The translations under genes and the position numbers were made by a program. A stretch of 64,000 nucleotides of DNA from Schmidtea polychroa (taxonomy: Eukaryota), in NCBI GenBank assembly GCA_044892525.1, contig CM097885.1, forward strand, positions 43,836,001 to 43,900,000, in the 5' to 3' direction. Shown here piece by piece: positions 27,501 through 41,351 of this stretch. The stretch's first letter is position 1. Every line of letters starts with the position of its first letter. Below the pieces are notes generated by a model. The model had not been told where the DNA came from, did not search any database, and saw only the letters and a program-made list of their open reading frames with translations.

Positions 27501-29263
27501 CATCAAAAAATACGATGCTATCAAAGCTTGGTTGTACCCTACCGCTCCAAAGAGAAGATCAGATCCTTGAGGATAAGCTTCAACCTCAAAGCGATCGTAG
27601 CGTATCGGTTTTATTTTTAATCATATTATTTTCCTTCTGTGTTCTCTTGAGTGATCAACAGACATCACAATCCTTTTGGGCTATAGTTTTGAGTACTATT
27701 ATGCAGTGCTTCACGGATATATCTTAGATATACCCGCTTAATGGTTTGATATTGGCGAGTTATCAAATCATTTAAATGTGTGTTACGTGTCAGCATGTAT
27801 TTCTTTGCCACTGACATCATTTTGATTTTTTGTAATATAATTTATACCTTAAAGACCGTTTCTCGTCCATAGTCCGTTAAGGTATTTGCACTATTGTGTC
27901 ACTAGGTACAATATTGGTAATTATTGGTTATTTCACCCCAATATTATCTATCTATTTATCCTAGCAGGTGAATGATAAAATTTTACATAAATACGAATTA
28001 CAACTTATAATATATAATTTTCAATGTTCATGCACTAAAATAAAATTTATAACAATAACTTTTATCTTTATTCAGCCAGAGATAAAAATATTCTCAAAAG
28101 TTATCCAATTTAATTGCATTTTTAAACATTTTAAAATAAAATTTTGAAATTAATTTCTGAAAATTTCATATCTATAGCAGATGTTTCATCTGATGAAACA
28201 AAAAAAAACGTTGAAAAGTTTGAAATTCATTGAAAACAACAATTTTATCCATGCAAATGGAATACTTAATGAAATTAAAAAAACAAATTTCCAGAAATAA
28301 TTTTAATAAATAATAATAATAATTTTATAATAATAATTCATTTGACAAACTCCGCAAACTTTCATTTTAACTTCCGATGAAGATTATAAGTAGTAGGATA
28401 TGTCACCTCCAGGACACTACCCCCTCCCTCTCCCTCCGGAAAAAAAATATTAAGCTAAAAATATTTTATTTAAAATTAAAAATATGTAGGTCAAGTCAAA
28501 TTTATTGAATTTTCACTATATTTTCATGTTTTCTAGCGAAGTTTTTCTAAGTTTTTATGAAATTGGACTGATTTTATCGATTTTATCACAAATCTTTCTA
28601 AGTTTTTATGTAGGTCAAGTTACTTTAAACATGTGTCACCTCTAGGACACTAAATAAAATATGTAGGTCAACTCAAAAATAAGTATGTCAACTCATAAAT
28701 AAGTAGGCCAACTCAAAAAAACTTAGAAACTTTTATAAAAATATGTAGGTCAAATTACTTTAAATATGTGCCACCTCCAGGACACTATATAAAATATGTA
28801 GGTCAAGACTATATAGTTTAATTATTCTACAAGTCTATATAGTTTAATTAAACATATGCCATACACAATAAATGGGTGTAGGAAAAGTAACTGTGTGCGT
28901 GTATGTGTGTAAGGGGCAATAATTAAGAGTAAAGTCATAAAATTCTTAATGAAACACATTTAAATTGGATAAAATTTATCAAAATTATATGTTTTTAAGT
29001 TAAAAGTGTGTGTGTGCCTGTACAGAAAATTATCAATAAAGAGCAGTAATTAAAAGCAAATTTTATACACACGCATCACTCGAAAGTCTACATGGTAGTC
29101 ATGCGCTTGGATTGCACATGCCTTTCTTAATCATGCACATCTATTGCACAAGTCCTTGTTTAACAAGCGCGTTTATGCTTAATATCAATTTAACCAATGA
29201 AATAAAAGTAGCATTTCTAAATAAATATAAAATGACAAACAATTTAAACATTTTTTTTATAAA

Positions 29264-29806
29264 ATGAATCAAACTAATTTTTCAATCATTTTATTAAATG
29301 GATTAATTTCCAAAGAAGAAAGCTGCGAAGTTGTCAAGAACTTGCAGTTGCTGGTGAAAATGTTGAGGCCAAATCAGAAGACCAGATCGATATCAATACC
29401 ATTTTGAAATTAAGTTAGCTTAAAGAGAAAAGAAAATGTTACCAACAAGTGTTTGAAATCTTTTTCGATAATAAAATAAAATGGAGCCGAGTGATAGTAG
29501 GCTTTGCTTACATGAAGTACATCATATTGCAATTAGGCTTGGATTTTGAAAATTTCTTTCAATGGCCTGTAGAAGTATTTTATTTATTTATCTTTTAATT
29601 ATTATTAATATTATTTTTTACGGATTATTGAATATAAGGTTTAGCCATGGGTCCAATCTAATGGTGGATGGGACGAGGTATTTGCAATCCAAAAACATTT
29701 TACAACAATCAAAGAAAACGTTGCGACAATGAAGAAAATAATCAAATTATCGTTAGAATTCGGACTTATTATTTTGTGCTACAAACTGTATCGTAACATT
29801 CAATAA
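29264..29806 (+). pseudogene. Bcl-2-family gene copy 2 (two exons, intron 29575-29623), disabled
   Basis: MNQTNF...; BH1-like FEIFFDNKIKWSRVIVGFAY; BH2-like PWVQSNGGWD; hydrophobic tail LEFGLIILCYKLYRNIQ*. One frameshift, two TAG stops and an acceptor AG>GG change. Confidence 0.85.
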
Positions 29807-29880
29807 ATTTTATTTGTTTAGTTACTTATTAGTTTTATGATCTTTAAAAATAATATTATTATTGAAATTATGTACATTAC

Positions 29881-29956
<76 letters not shown>

Positions 29957-30255
29957 AAGTATTATTATTATTTAATATTATTATTATTATTATTATTATT
30001 GCAAATATTAGTGAAAAACCTAAAATATTTTTACACACATAAGTTATGGGGTATAGAATTATTATATTTTTGCAATAATTAATTAAATATGAAATTTTTG
30101 AAAAATTTCTTTTCTGTGTTTGCCTTTACAGAAAATTGTCAATAAGGAGCAATAATTAAGGGAAACTTTTATACACATTCTATATCACATTCGATATGTA
30201 TTGTACATGTATTGTACATACCTTGTTTAACATGGGTTTATATTCTTAATATGTG

Positions 30256-30293
<38 letters not shown>

Positions 30294-31029
30294 GTCAGAG
30301 TTTATCCGACAAGATATTTTGTTCCCCTATGGCTATTGCTAGCAAGGGTACTGGTCACATTCAACATGTCGCAAGGGTTTTCGAGCTTAAAGCATATATA
30401 GTGAGGTTTATTAAGGTCAGTAAATAATTTTAAAATAAAACTTATCACATGTAAAATTTTAAACCCTCATACTATTTTTATAATTATTTAAACGATAAAA
30501 ATCAAGACAAGAGAGGACAATGCAAAGTTTATGCATTTATTGTTGCCAGGCCTAATGAGCAGTGACCAAATATCTGTGCCTGAAAGACACGGTGGATATT
30601 TGTAGGCGTCTGTGCCTCCCACAAGTGGGGTCAGAAGAACCTGGGCATCATAGTTCTCCGCACGGAACATTACGCCTAGCATGTCTGGGTAGTCAACTAC
30701 CATAACATTCGAAACGTATAAAAAATACATTACAAACTACATGACAATGCGTCATTGGCACTATAACCAAGTTAATTATTGTATTTACTAACAAGAAGTT
30801 ACAAAGGCCTCCCACTAGTTGGATTACAACCGCCCACCACGATGATCAGCTTGTAAATACATATTAATTAAGGGATAAATAGGACCACCCTATTATGTTT
30901 AATTTACAAAATAATATCCAAGGGTTTCTCACTCTTCTGGATTTTGTCGGTAATCTATCATAATTTTCTCAAAATGTAGTAATCAATACTCTCCATCGGA
31001 CCATTTGATCATGATTTTAGTTCATGGAA

Positions 31030-31651
31030 TACTTCTTGCATATTTCCCTTTGCAAATTGGATGTATTTTTTTGCTTAGTGACATCATGACTGGTTTCTGA
31101 TGCGTTGTCAACTTCTTGATAAATTTGTATTGATTTTAAACAAAGTGCAATTAACTTACAGACTTTATCTAACATTTTATCACATTCGTCACATGCTTAA
31201 TAAATTTGAGACTAAATTCTGCCTGACTAAATCCAATAGCCTGCCTGGCAACTATTATTTGTGGTATACTTTAGTTTTTCAATATCATTTCTTAGTGGCA
31301 GATACCTAAACATAATATATATTAAGGAATTAATTCATGTCTTACATTAATATTCGACATGTATTTAGAGAATCTTTTATATTCTTTGCTTAGTTGAACT
31401 TCGGGTATGACATAAAACGAGTAGTTTACAAGATCTATAGTATCTAATTGATATACTTATGGAATACATTCATGTTGAACTTCTGAAGGACACCCAAAAT
31501 CAACTATTGCTAATTCAGGTTTTAATAAAAAATCTCTAAATCCAGAACTATAACACATAACTTCCCTTAACTCCTTTGGTGTTTCACCATTTTGTCTTAC
31601 TTCTGGTTCATCTTCTTCATAATCCAATAATTCAATTTCTTCAGTTGCCAT
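31030..31651 (-). pseudogene. DDX39B: DDX39/UAP56 (DECD-box helicase) decayed partial copy with introns
   Basis: [15 protein letters not shown]...[39 protein letters not shown] (31190-31170); HQKPVMM..LSKKIHPIC. Many small deletions and a 47-bp 5'UTR intron at 31654-31700. Confidence 0.88.
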
Positions 31652-32956
31652 TACTAAGAAAAACAATTAAAATATTGTAGTAAGTTCTAAATTTTCTTAC
31701 TTGATAAGGGAACAATATGGATACTAAAACGAAAAAAATAAAGTTATGTCAGAAGTATATTTAAACAATTTAAATTTATTAATTTAAACATATTTAAACA
31801 TTTGGATTAATATTATGTATTTAATATTATTATATAGTATAATATTATGTATTCTAAATTTAATAATAAATATATCCTTCGTTTAATCTTTTAAATTCAA
31901 AAATTTATAATGAAGATTCTTTGAATTAAAAAATATTCTGTTAGTATTTCCAGGCAGTAACTACAAGGAAAACAACGAATTCAATAAATAATAATTAAAA
32001 ACCTAATTTTCATGTTATTTTATATATTTAGGGTTGTGGCCAGAATAAACTAGTTAATCGCCATCTAATCGTTTGTTCAATTATCACTCTGTTCCCAATT
32101 TCGCTCATTTTTGTTCCAAACATTCTATTTTCAGTTTTCAGGTGAATTGTTGCATACAGTTCTTGTTATCTGGAAAGGATTGTACTATGTATATCAGTTA
32201 GGAATTCTTAGGTAATTTAGTGAGAAATGGATGATCATATTTATCAAAAATTCGTGAATATTTTAAATGTAACTTACCGAATTCTTATTTCGAACGATTA
32301 ATTTATTGGTTAACTTTGTAGTCATATTTTATATAATGTCCTGGAGGTGACACATGTTTAAAGTAACTTTACTTACTTATTTCTAACTTGACCTACATGT
32401 TTTTATAAAAATATCTAAGTTTTCTGAGTTGACCTACTTATTTTTGAGTTAACCTACATATTTTTTATAGTGTCCTGGATGTGACACATGTTTAAAGTAA
32501 CTTTAACTACATAAAAACTTAGAAATATTTGTGAAAAAATCGATAAAATCAATCCAATTTCATAAAAACGTAGAAAAATGTCTCTAGAAACCATGGAAAA
32601 ATAATGAAAATTCAAAAATTTTTACTTGACCTACATATTTTTTACTTAAAAAAATTTTTTTAGCTTAATATTTTTTCCCCGAGAGGGTAGTGGAGGGGGT
32701 TAGTGTCCTGCTCAAAAAAGAAATGATTCAAAATAAAACTAAAAATGGTAAAAAATCATCAATAAACTTAGGATTCGAAAGAAATAAAATTTAATTTCTC
32801 TTACTTAATATATGGTGGAATCTTTTTGACAAAGAATGTTTCGAATTTCAATAATTTCAGACTTTTTAAATCAAAACTGAAAATTAAGGCAATTCTGGTT
32901 TACGTTAGATAATAAATTAATAAGAACTACTTACATCTTATATATAAAGGTGAAGG

Positions 32957-33094
32957 TCACTCACTCACTTACTGTTTCTGTAACGCTCAATTTTTAAAAA
33001 ATTATAATTATATCATTAACAACTACTTACAATTGTTAATGATATAATTATAATTTTTTAAATTAAAAGCGTTGCAGAATCAGTGAGTGAGTGA
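32957..33094. repeat. ~140-bp foldback (hairpin) element
   Basis: Arms of ~63 bp: tcactcactcac..aacgct..aaaattataattatatcattaacaa and its reverse complement, around a short loop. Confidence 0.8.
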
Positions 33095-35956
33095 GCTGGT
33101 TTCAGTTTATTTACAAATACACATTTAACTTCGAGTAGGCAGCTGAATTTCCAACTACGGCTAATTACTGGAAATAGTTTAATGTATTAAAAGATATTCG
33201 ATTAAAAGATATTCTTGACATATCTTTCGGTAAAAACTTTTTTCGTTTCGTTTTCTTCTGATAATAATGTCTCCAGGTAGCCATCCAGTTGTTCCAAAAA
33301 CGCTTTGGTAAGGTGACATAACAGTATCTTCAGAAGCCCAGGTAAAATCAAAGGAAGCTCCAGTTTTTTGTGCGCCTATAAAGTGTGGTCTCAGTGTTGT
33401 TTTGAGAGTTCTTTAAAACATTTCGACCTTACACAGAGGATGATATCGTTTCGGGTGCCTGCGATAGATGTTTTGCTCCTGTTACATTTATTGAAATGTT
33501 TATGACAATAATTACTTTATATTGTTTATGATAATAATCTCAGAAGCTCCATAGTGTCAAATTCATTTAATTTCTTAAAAAGTATCTCTCTAATTTTGTT
33601 AAATGGAAGGTGATAAAACAATAATTGATTGTAATACCAAGACTTGGTAAACCTGATCATTTACATTCTAAACATATCAATTTCAAACTCAATGTTTCAT
33701 AAAAATGCAAGATAAAAATATTTTTTAGTTTTAGTGAAATACATCATATCTTAGTAAAATCGAAATTGTGTGCACTTTGAATAGAATCGGATATATTTCG
33801 CATTTGTCACGTGGTTCTAACTGTATGTCACTAATAAGTGTATATGTAAGTATAGCGCAGTATACACATTTCTTTGCTTATAGCAGATCGAATTTCGAAA
33901 TGAGCTTTACGCAGCCCTAACAAATATAACAAGCAAATGGTTCTACATAAATATTCCAAAATGGAAATACATCAAAAAGTGTAAATTTACAAAGCTCTTC
34001 CTGAATTCAATGTCCTGTCACCGTTATTATGAGAAGAGTCTTCGTTTACCTAATTTACGCCACATCGTCGCAACCGGAACATTATAATAATTAAAAACTG
34101 TACATTGAATTGTATAAATATGTTTATGCAGGCATGACACGACATTTTAAAATTGATACATTACAAAAAGGTTATAAAAGAATTTCAATTGGGTAAATCA
34201 AACTTGCAAGGCGCAGTTTAAATTGAAGTGAGACAAATGTATGTTAATAAACAAAATTTAATTATCAGATTAAAACATTACAATTGAAACAAATTTTGTT
34301 ACAAAATTGGTTATTTCACTTTATATAATGATGACAATTGTTGTTATTGGTCGGAAATAAATAATTTATCATTTAGAAATTCCATATTGTAACAATTAAT
34401 TAATCCAAAATATATTTAATTCTTTTCTCATGACTATTTTTAATAGTATCGAATAAATAGTTAAATGACCAGGTTTTACATTAAATGCAAATAGACATTT
34501 TTGTTTATATTTACCTTCAAAAAACAACCAATTTTGATATCAAAATGACCTCAGGTTCGAATAATTGACTTTGAGTGAAGAAATATATTTTTTTAATAAA
34601 ATTTAAATACTATTTATGTTATCGTTTCTGTTTGGCATTCAATTCACCAACTGTAAATTGCATCTGAGCTACATGTTGAATTTTGAAAAAACTTGTATTT
34701 ACTATAGAATATATAAAAAGTTTAGATTAGTGCCCTTGTTTTAAACAAAACGTCAAATTTTAATTTTTTTAAATAGAATTATAAATATTTTTTGAAATGT
34801 TCATGACCTTAAGCAATGGCTTAATGACCCCCTCTGTTAGTAAGTCAGTGTTGAGTGGGTGCAGAAAACCACTATAGTTTTGTTTATATTAGAAACGCAA
34901 TTTAGTGAAGGAATATTTTGGCACACTTTAGTGATAGGTTTTAGGCGTATATGGTTTTTTGTTGTCATATTTGTGTACATAGAATTGTGGTCCCAGGAAG
35001 ATTAAAGTCGAATTATAGGGATTTTACACCATCGTTGAAAATACTAGGATTTTGGTCTCATTAGAGAATTTAGGTCTAAGTTTAATTAATTTAACAAATT
35101 TGTTAGAAGACATAGCTATTGAATATATTTTTAATTGTTGTCGATAATTAGAAAAATATAGTTTAACAAAAATGTTGACTTTAAGACATTCAATATTGAA
35201 ATGTAATAAAACTGGCAATTTTTAAATCTAATATGAAGTTATCAATTCTAACACTTAAAAATAATACAACAAGACACTATGCGTAAAAAATAGAAATGTT
35301 TAAAATTCTAAGAAAATGATTGACATTTACCAAAATATTTAAAAAATACAACGAAAGACATGAAAGTATATATAAAAAACAAAAGCAATAAATTCAAATT
35401 TTTACTCACTAAAGATTTACTGTGTATTTTACTTTCTTCAATGAATAGATTAGAAATAACTATTTAACAATAATTTAACTAACATTTGACACTAAATTTA
35501 CGGACTCAGCCAATTTGACTCATTTAAAATTCTATTGCTACATATATATAATACTGATTTATTATTTTTTGAATACATATGTTGGTTTTTAGATACGTCA
35601 TGAAATATAGTTAAATATTAATTACTCTCCTATACTGACTGCCTCATTTCGCATATTAAATTAGGTATACCTATTTTACGGCTATTTTTACCCGTAAATC
35701 TAATGTTAAAATCTCATTTGATAAATTATATTGAAGAAATAATATTTGTATTATTTTCACTCAATGTATTTTATTTTTAATGGGTTACACAGCTATTTTG
35801 TACAAGATTTAGTCTGTACAGTTAGCTAGTTAGTAATTTAGTAGATGATTAATAAAATAAATTACGTATAAGGTAGCAATAAAAACTTTTTAATAGATAG
35901 TACTAATTTAGTGAGTGTTCAAATGGAACATGCAATGTTAGTCGACGATGATTTAA

Positions 35957-36462
35957 CCCTTTGACCACTGTCGGGACTTCCATGCCCCAGTCAAATTTAA
36001 AAAATATATAGATGCCTTATTCTCTGTGTTATTACAACCAACGCTTGTCCCACTCGTGTTTATAGTATTTTCGACTAGTTTCGTCTAAACTCGTTAATAT
36101 ACGTTCTACCGGCTAGCAAACGCAACATTTTATTTCATTCGTTTTTACAGTTTACAGCATGTGCTTTGTGAAATAGTGGTTATAATACCTACATTATTGT
36201 TTATTTTGGGAAGTATTTATATCAAAAAGTAAGCACATTTATTTTTTTGTGTATGTTTATATTTTTTTTTATAAAACTGCATGCAATAATAGTTTTTGCC
36301 TTACATTAAGTTAGTGGGACATATATGTCCTGCACTCAAATTTCAAATTTGCAACATAGGGAAAATTTGAAATTAACATTACACGTTTTAAACAATCTAT
36401 ATAGCTGATTTCTATCGTTAAAGTTACAGAAATTTCATTTTTTAAAATTCGTCGTCAAAGGG
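35957..36462. mobile_element. piggyBac-type MITE (506 bp)
   Basis: TIRs CCCTTTGAC.../...GTCAAAGGG flanked by TTAA on both sides (35953-56 and 36463-66). Confidence 0.88.
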
Positions 36463-36579
36463 TTAATTGAAGATGATTGATAAATTTTGAATAACTAATA
36501 AATTAAAAACTTCATATAATCTAGTTTTTATTATAATAAATTTTGAAATTGACATTTGCAATGGTTTTCTGAGAACCTG

Positions 36580-37062
36580 AGTAGGGTAATGTGTGGAGCC
36601 GGGAACAAAGACATATGACGTTATCGATGACGTAACAAAGACATATGACTCGTCAAGGTCATTGAAACAAATACATATTACGTAACAAAGGAAAAAATTT
36701 TGAGCAAAGGCATATTACGTAACAAAGACATTGCATAACAAAGGAAAAAATTTTGAACAAAGACATATTACGTAACAAATACATTGCATAACAAAGGGAA
36801 AAAAATTTGAACAAAGACACATCATACTTTCTAAATATATTACGTTGCGGTATTTTAAATTTTAAAAAACTTATTTTGACGATTAAGTTGACAAAATAAA
36901 ATTATTGCACATACTTTGTATATATAGTCTATCCGACAAGATATTATGTGCCCCTATGGTCACACAATGTATAAAAATATTATTAGTGTCCACACATGCA
37001 ACAAGTTAGTGTTCTCATCGATAGCTCATCTTAAAGTCTAGTATAAGATCTATCTATTGATA

Positions 37063-37132
<70 letters not shown>
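36580..37132 (+). repeat. left TIR of the Maverick
   Basis: Reverse complement of 51076-51695. Contains internal aacaaagacata(t/tt)acgt repeats and ends in (TTA)n. Confidence 0.95.
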
Positions 37133-37135
<3 letters not shown>

Positions 37136-37270
37136 CTATATACTCCGAGTCTATCCGACAAAATATTTTGTCCCCTATGGGTACTGTTCACATGGGTACT
37201 GGTCACGCTCAACAACTCGCAAGGGTACAATGATATTATTAAACAATGTAATAAAAAACATATTTTCTAA

Positions 37271-37318
<48 letters not shown>

Positions 37319-37614
37319 CTCCTAGTCTATCCGACAAGATATTCTGTCCCCCTATGGGTACTGCTCACAAAGGTAAAGGTCACAAAGGTACTGCTAAAAA
37401 TATTCAAGACAAAACTTTAACAAAGATATTATACTTTAAATATACACTAAAATTTATTAACACACTGGGTAAAGGTCACAAAGGTACTGCTAAAAATATT
37501 CAAAACTTTAACATATTATTATTACACACAATGTATAAAAAATTTTTCATAAAGTTACTGTTAAAAATATTCAAGACAATAAGATCTATACATTTATTAA
37601 ATAATTTAACCACA

Positions 37615-40600
37615 TCATCGAAAATAATCATGTCCAAAATAATTATCATCTGCTGGAACATGGAAATCATCTGTATCATCTGCTGAGATAGCTTCCGTTG
37701 AATCTATAAATATATCGGTGTCACCGCCCCTATAATGTCCATATGCCAAACTTTGATTTTTATCCACCCAATTTCGCTTATCATCTCTACATGTCAAGGC
37801 TCTTTTATTATTTTTAATACTAAAAAGTTGGTGATTTTTTGACGTTATTCTAAACTGAGGGACTGTGTATATTTTATCATTTAAATAACACTCTAGATAC
37901 GACTGATGTGTTAGTCCAGTATCTTTCATACTTATCCCCTTAGCCTTCATACTTTCCTCATCACCCATCAAACTGTAACATTTAGGTCTCAAGAACACCC
38001 AATCTTTATATAATAACCCTTTATTCTCGTCTTTGAATTTACCAATGACAGAATCAAGGTTCCTACTATATAAAGGATGATTTGGGTCATAATTCGAAGT
38101 ATCTAATAATTGATCTCTAATCATCGCAGGTAAAAGAATGTCAAGACTACAATGTTTAATTTCCAAGAAGAAGGAATCTGTGTCCCCAGCAACGATATTA
38201 ATTTCGCAGTTGAATTCGTCGCGATATTTTTGCAATTCTTCATACTGCAGCTGGTACATCCTGAGTTTGGATAAATCTAGTACAGTTTGACCAATGTAAC
38301 TAGGTCTATTCAAACACACTATGTCCTTCCTCAATAAAACCGAAATCAAGTCATCATCGATTTTCGTGGATTTACGAAAAGTCGGTTTCGAACAGAGTGT
38401 TAATAATTTCTGTGAAGAATTACACAGACGTAAATTAATACGTTTTTTAAGATTTTCAACAGTCTTGCCGTAAAGACTGTTGTTTAATAATTTATAAAAA
38501 TTTTTATCGAGTTTATTTGTCGACGCTGCTCGTAACGCCGTATTTGTGTTAATATAATTTTTGAAAATTTTATCTTGTTTAAATTTAATTGCTCTATGTG
38601 TTTTTGATATTTTAACACCTTATTTAATAAATATTTTTTAGAAGCCTCCAATGAAGAACGTAGTTCCTCTTGGGGCTGTGTGTAAGCAACAGCTTCTCTA
38701 TTTTATAACCCGGTACACACATCTTTTCAGCGGCAACGGGAAGATCGTCCAGTTTGTCGTGAATTGACGTCGGTATTTTTAAATCCACTTCTATGGTATA
38801 ACCATAATCAAGCAGATCTAAATCTACCGTTGTGCATTTAACAATTATATTATTTAATAAATTATCATCAGTAACCCATTCAAAGTCACTGCAAGGTAAT
38901 GGTTGACTTAAAGCCCAACCGTATAAATTATTTATATCTATGTAAAGCAAAGCGGTATCCGGGTCTATTTTTACATAATGTTTATTTACAAAAGTTAGTC
39001 CGCCACGGATACCGCCCTCGAAAAAGTTATACATCTCCATATCGGTGAGGAGCTCAATTGGAGAGTTTAAAGTTAATAAGGCTGAATTCCAAGACATACC
39101 TGGAATCCCTAAGAAATTTAATGGCTCTAGTCGGTTATGAGCAATGGACTTAGCTCTAAATTGCTGGAAAAAATCGGCTAAAATGAAAACATCAAGTTTT
39201 AAATAAACCATCATGTAATCGAAAAGTGAAGTACATGAAGTTTCAACCCAAATTCGCTGAGCTGTCTCATATTCAGCGGGAGTCACATCTTTCCAAATAG
39301 GAGGTAACTGACGAGTGTTATGTAAAACCTCTAATGAAGTTGCGGCATCATAAGGAAAAATTCCCTTTGCAGTTATTATTGTACCCTGAAATTCTGATTC
39401 GGTCAAGGGTAAAGATGATAAAGTTTTGACAGCATTATTTAAAGACTCGCTGACAAATTGATAAGAGTCTATAAATTTAACAGTTAATGAGTCAATCCTA
39501 GCAAAATGACTAAGGAATTTCTCGCTGGTTAAAGGAATACAACTAATATTCCATGAATGATATATTGAAAGGCCAAATTTCAAGATATGATGCAGATCAT
39601 AACCCTTTAAATTATGAAATACTACAGGAAGGGTATGTCTAATTTGTCTCGACAGATTACAAGTTGTACAAGCGGCACCAAGTTATAGACCGGTAAAATG
39701 ATCATGGGCCCTAACTGGACTAAATAAAGGCTTATTGCACAAATAACATGATGTGCTGTTTTCAAACATTAATTGTTGCTCATCTGTAATTATCATTTTC
39801 TTTTGATAATTTTTATAATAATAAGGAGTTACAATATATTTCCCTATCATTTCAATTTCAGTAAGAAATTGATCGACACAATCTAAACCGGTGAACGACT
39901 TATAAATTTTTACGCCCGTGAAATTATTAATAAAAAGCATACCGGCAGAAATAGGCAGATGACGTTGAAAGTAGCGAGTGTCTTTAGGTAAGATAGCCTC
40001 AAAGTCAGCGTAAATAACAAAGGGAGGAGTGACTGTTTTACTCCAATCAGTAAATTCTAAATATTTATTTTTAGGCAATGTGTACAAGGTAGTACCAAGC
40101 TGATTTTTATCGCAAAGACCCTTATGTCTATTAAAAGCGTCATCATTCCTAAAACCGTTTAAACATCTAGGGCACCACTGACTACAAATCCTAACAGGAG
40201 TGATTGAACTATTCCTACAATTAAGGAATCTATTTAGGTCTGTGATTCCAAGATAATGATAATTATCATTCTTTTCAATTAATAATAAATTGATAGGTAT
40301 GGCTCCTACTATCTTACTCCTGTATATTATATCAATAAAGGGATGTTTCATAACTGCATCTTCATCGGAAATGTCAATCAAAGCCTTTTCGTTATAAGTA
40401 AGAACATTAATACTATAACCTGGATTTTGTTGTTCAAATTTACTTATATTTGATAGTTTCATCGGCATATCATTAGGATCAAATTTAATTTCAGAAAGAT
40501 TGTAGGAATTAGGGCGATTTCTATATTGCCTATTTATACTGTCATATTTAATAATTGACAAGAAACTATACAAAAAGCAGAAGTGGTCATTATTAACTAC

Positions 40601-41311
40601 ATTAACGAGACAACTTAAGTTTCTTAAAGTTTTTTCGGGTTTCAATAAAACTTCTACCACTTAACCGACTTATTTCAGCAAATTTAGTCAGAACAAAGCT
40701 TATGTATTACTACTCAAAAATTTTAATTATTTTTTCATTTAAACGAGCAATACCTTCGTCAATGAATGTATCGCTCCAAACTCGGGCGGAATTCGAGATT
40801 ACAAAAGATTGTAACTCATCATCTTTTATAAATTCCACCTTTAGACAAAATTGAATTTTACATGATTTTAATTTATTTACATATAAATTTAATTTATTTA
40901 TTAAAATGTCTGGTACAGAGACCGTTTTTAAATCTAAAGACGAAACGTCCATTTTTAATATAATATGATTATTATTTAAATCACTGGTGACATCTACGAC
41001 ACCATAACCTATTTGATTATAATTATTATTATTATTACCATTATTATAATAAATATTACTACTACTACTATTATTATTATTATCAATTTCATCATCACTT
41101 ATGTTGATTATTTCATCATCACTTATTGTGATTACATCAATAACTTTAGATTTTTTACTTGGTATTGAATTTATTTGATCATTTAACTTATTTACTTGAT
41201 CTTTTAGATTATTTATTTCGTTTATATCATTATTATTATTATTGGTGTTGTTAGTATTATTGTTGGTGATATTATTATTATTATTATTGTTGATATTATT
41301 ATTGTTGTTGA

Positions 41312-41351
<40 letters not shown>

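Larger units (their letters stand above)
28389..32710. mobile_element. non-autonomous Maverick-type element bounded by ~400-bp inverted repeats
   Basis: The left end begins AGTAGTAGG (Polinton-type terminus). 28410-28810 is the reverse complement of 32330-32710 (aggacacta...taagctaaaaa...gtaggtcaa repeats). The right end lacks its last ~20 bp, so no TSD can be tested. Confidence 0.7.

Noticed and set aside
31457..31666. functional host DDX39/UAP56 gene
   Set aside because: It has deletions in conserved motifs, a CAA>TAA stop, no recognisable motif I region and no C-terminal domain.
37354..37686. 110-aa ORF with a repeated GKGHKGTAKN peptide
   Set aside because: It arises from duplicated subterminal repeat DNA and has no recognisable domain.
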